A stretch of DNA of 63,891 nucleotides, counting the filler, from Octopus bimaculoides (Eukaryota): the NCBI RefSeq assembly GCF_001194135.2. It is 7 parts of 7 records of this genome, joined end to end, with 100 filler letters (N's around TTAATTAATTAA, not from the genome) between each part and the next. Parts side by side here need not be neighbours in the genome. Positions count along the whole stretch, not along the records: positions 62,869 to 63,891 come from NW_026412867.1; 6 more parts are not named here. One strand, 5' to 3'. The position numbers and the translations under genes are program-made. A model generated the notes under the pieces. It saw only the letters and a list, made by a program, of their open reading frames with translations, did no database searches and had not been told where the DNA came from. Positions 62,869-63,891 of the stretch are shown here, piece after piece (within the stretch, counting starts at the first letter, position 1; each line of letters begins with the position of its first letter).

Positions 62869-63891
62869 TACGTACGAACGAACGAACACACGAATGAACG
62901 TACGACCGAACGAACGAACAAGCGGACGAAAGTACGTACATACGTACGAACGAACTAACGAAAGAACGAACGATCGTACGTACGAACAAATGAACGAGCA
63001 AGCGAACGTACGAATGAACGATCGTACGTACGTACGAATGAAGGAAAGAACGAACGAACGTACATATGTCCGTACGTCCATACGTACGAATAAACGACCG
63101 AACGAACGTACGTTCTTTCGTTCGTTCGTACGTACATATGTTCGTTCGTTCGTTCTTTTCTTCGTTCGATCTTTCGTTCGTTCTGTCGTTATTTCCTTCG
63201 TTCGTTCGTACGTACGTAGGTACGAACGTACATTCGTTCATACGTACGGACCTGTACATGCTTTCGTTCATTTGTTCGTTCATTCGTACGTACGTAGGTA
63301 CGTTCGTTCGTTCATTTCGCTCGTTCGTTTGTTCCTTCCTTCCTTCATACATACGTACGTTCGTTCGTTCGATCGGTTGTACGTATGTACGTACGTTCGT
63401 TCGTTTGTTTGTTCCTTCCTTCGGACGTACGTACGTACGTTCATTCGTTTGTTCGTTCGTACATACGTACGCACGTACGTTCGTTTGTTCGTTCGAACAG
63501 ACGTACGAACGAACGTATGTACGTACGTACAAACAAACGAACGTGCGTGCGTACGTATTACGTAGGCAGCAAATAACGAAAGAACGTTCGTACGTAAGAA
63601 CGAACGAAGGAATGAAAGAACGAACAAACGTACGTACGTACGAATGAAACAACGAACGTACGATCGAACGACCATACGAACGAACAAACGAATGAACGTA
63701 CGTAAGAATGAATGTACGTACGAACAAATGAATGATCGAACGTACGAATGAATGAACGAACGTAAGAACGACCGAACGAACGTACGTAGCAAAGAACGAA
63801 CGAACGAACGAAAGAATGTACGTACGTATAAACGTACGTATAAAGATCGAACGAAGAAAAGAACGAACGAACGAACATATGTACGTACGAA
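62869..63891. repeat. Compound (CGAA)/(CGTA) tetranucleotide satellite with two orientation switches
   Basis: cgaa-rich to about 63110, ttcg-rich to about 63493, then cgaa-rich again. The switches fall at the palindromes aacgtacgtt and gttcgaac. Confidence 0.9.

Overview
AT-rich, microsatellite-saturated eukaryotic draft-genome sequence with many N gaps. Six gaps are 100-bp scaffolding spacers padded with TTAATTAATTAA. The SINE/LINE repertoire and simple-repeat landscape look like an octopus (coleoid cephalopod) genome; this is inference, not a database match. Most of the window is repeats: at least four tRNA-derived SINE families, R4/Dong-clade (RLE) LINE fragments including a head-to-tail trio at 47.3-53.3 kb, Tx1-clade 3' fragments, RTE fragments, a Merlin (ISXO2/IS1595-type) transposase pseudogene, a Chapaev3-like transposase remnant, a long-inverted-repeat DNA-transposon remnant and MITEs. 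The only convincing host-type coding sequences are two convergent paralogues of an intronless tandem beta-propeller (NHL-like) protein (54586-55248 + and 59880-62768 -); both lack their 5' ends because they run into scaffold joins. The most interesting signals are: (1) this paralogue pair, with hypervariable loops but a nearly identical C-terminal DNA tract; (2) a pair of decayed type I hammerhead ribozymes in 484-bp-spaced direct repeats (retrozyme/Penelope-like) plus a third, near-intact minimal hammerhead at 8.1 kb; (3) apparent target specialisation among non-LTR elements ((ATAC)n versus (TAA)n R4/Dong lineages; Tx1-like tails in (ATC/ATT)n, (GATA)n and inside a SINE head); (4) a transposase fragment copied into the Merlin ORF from about 2.3 kb away.
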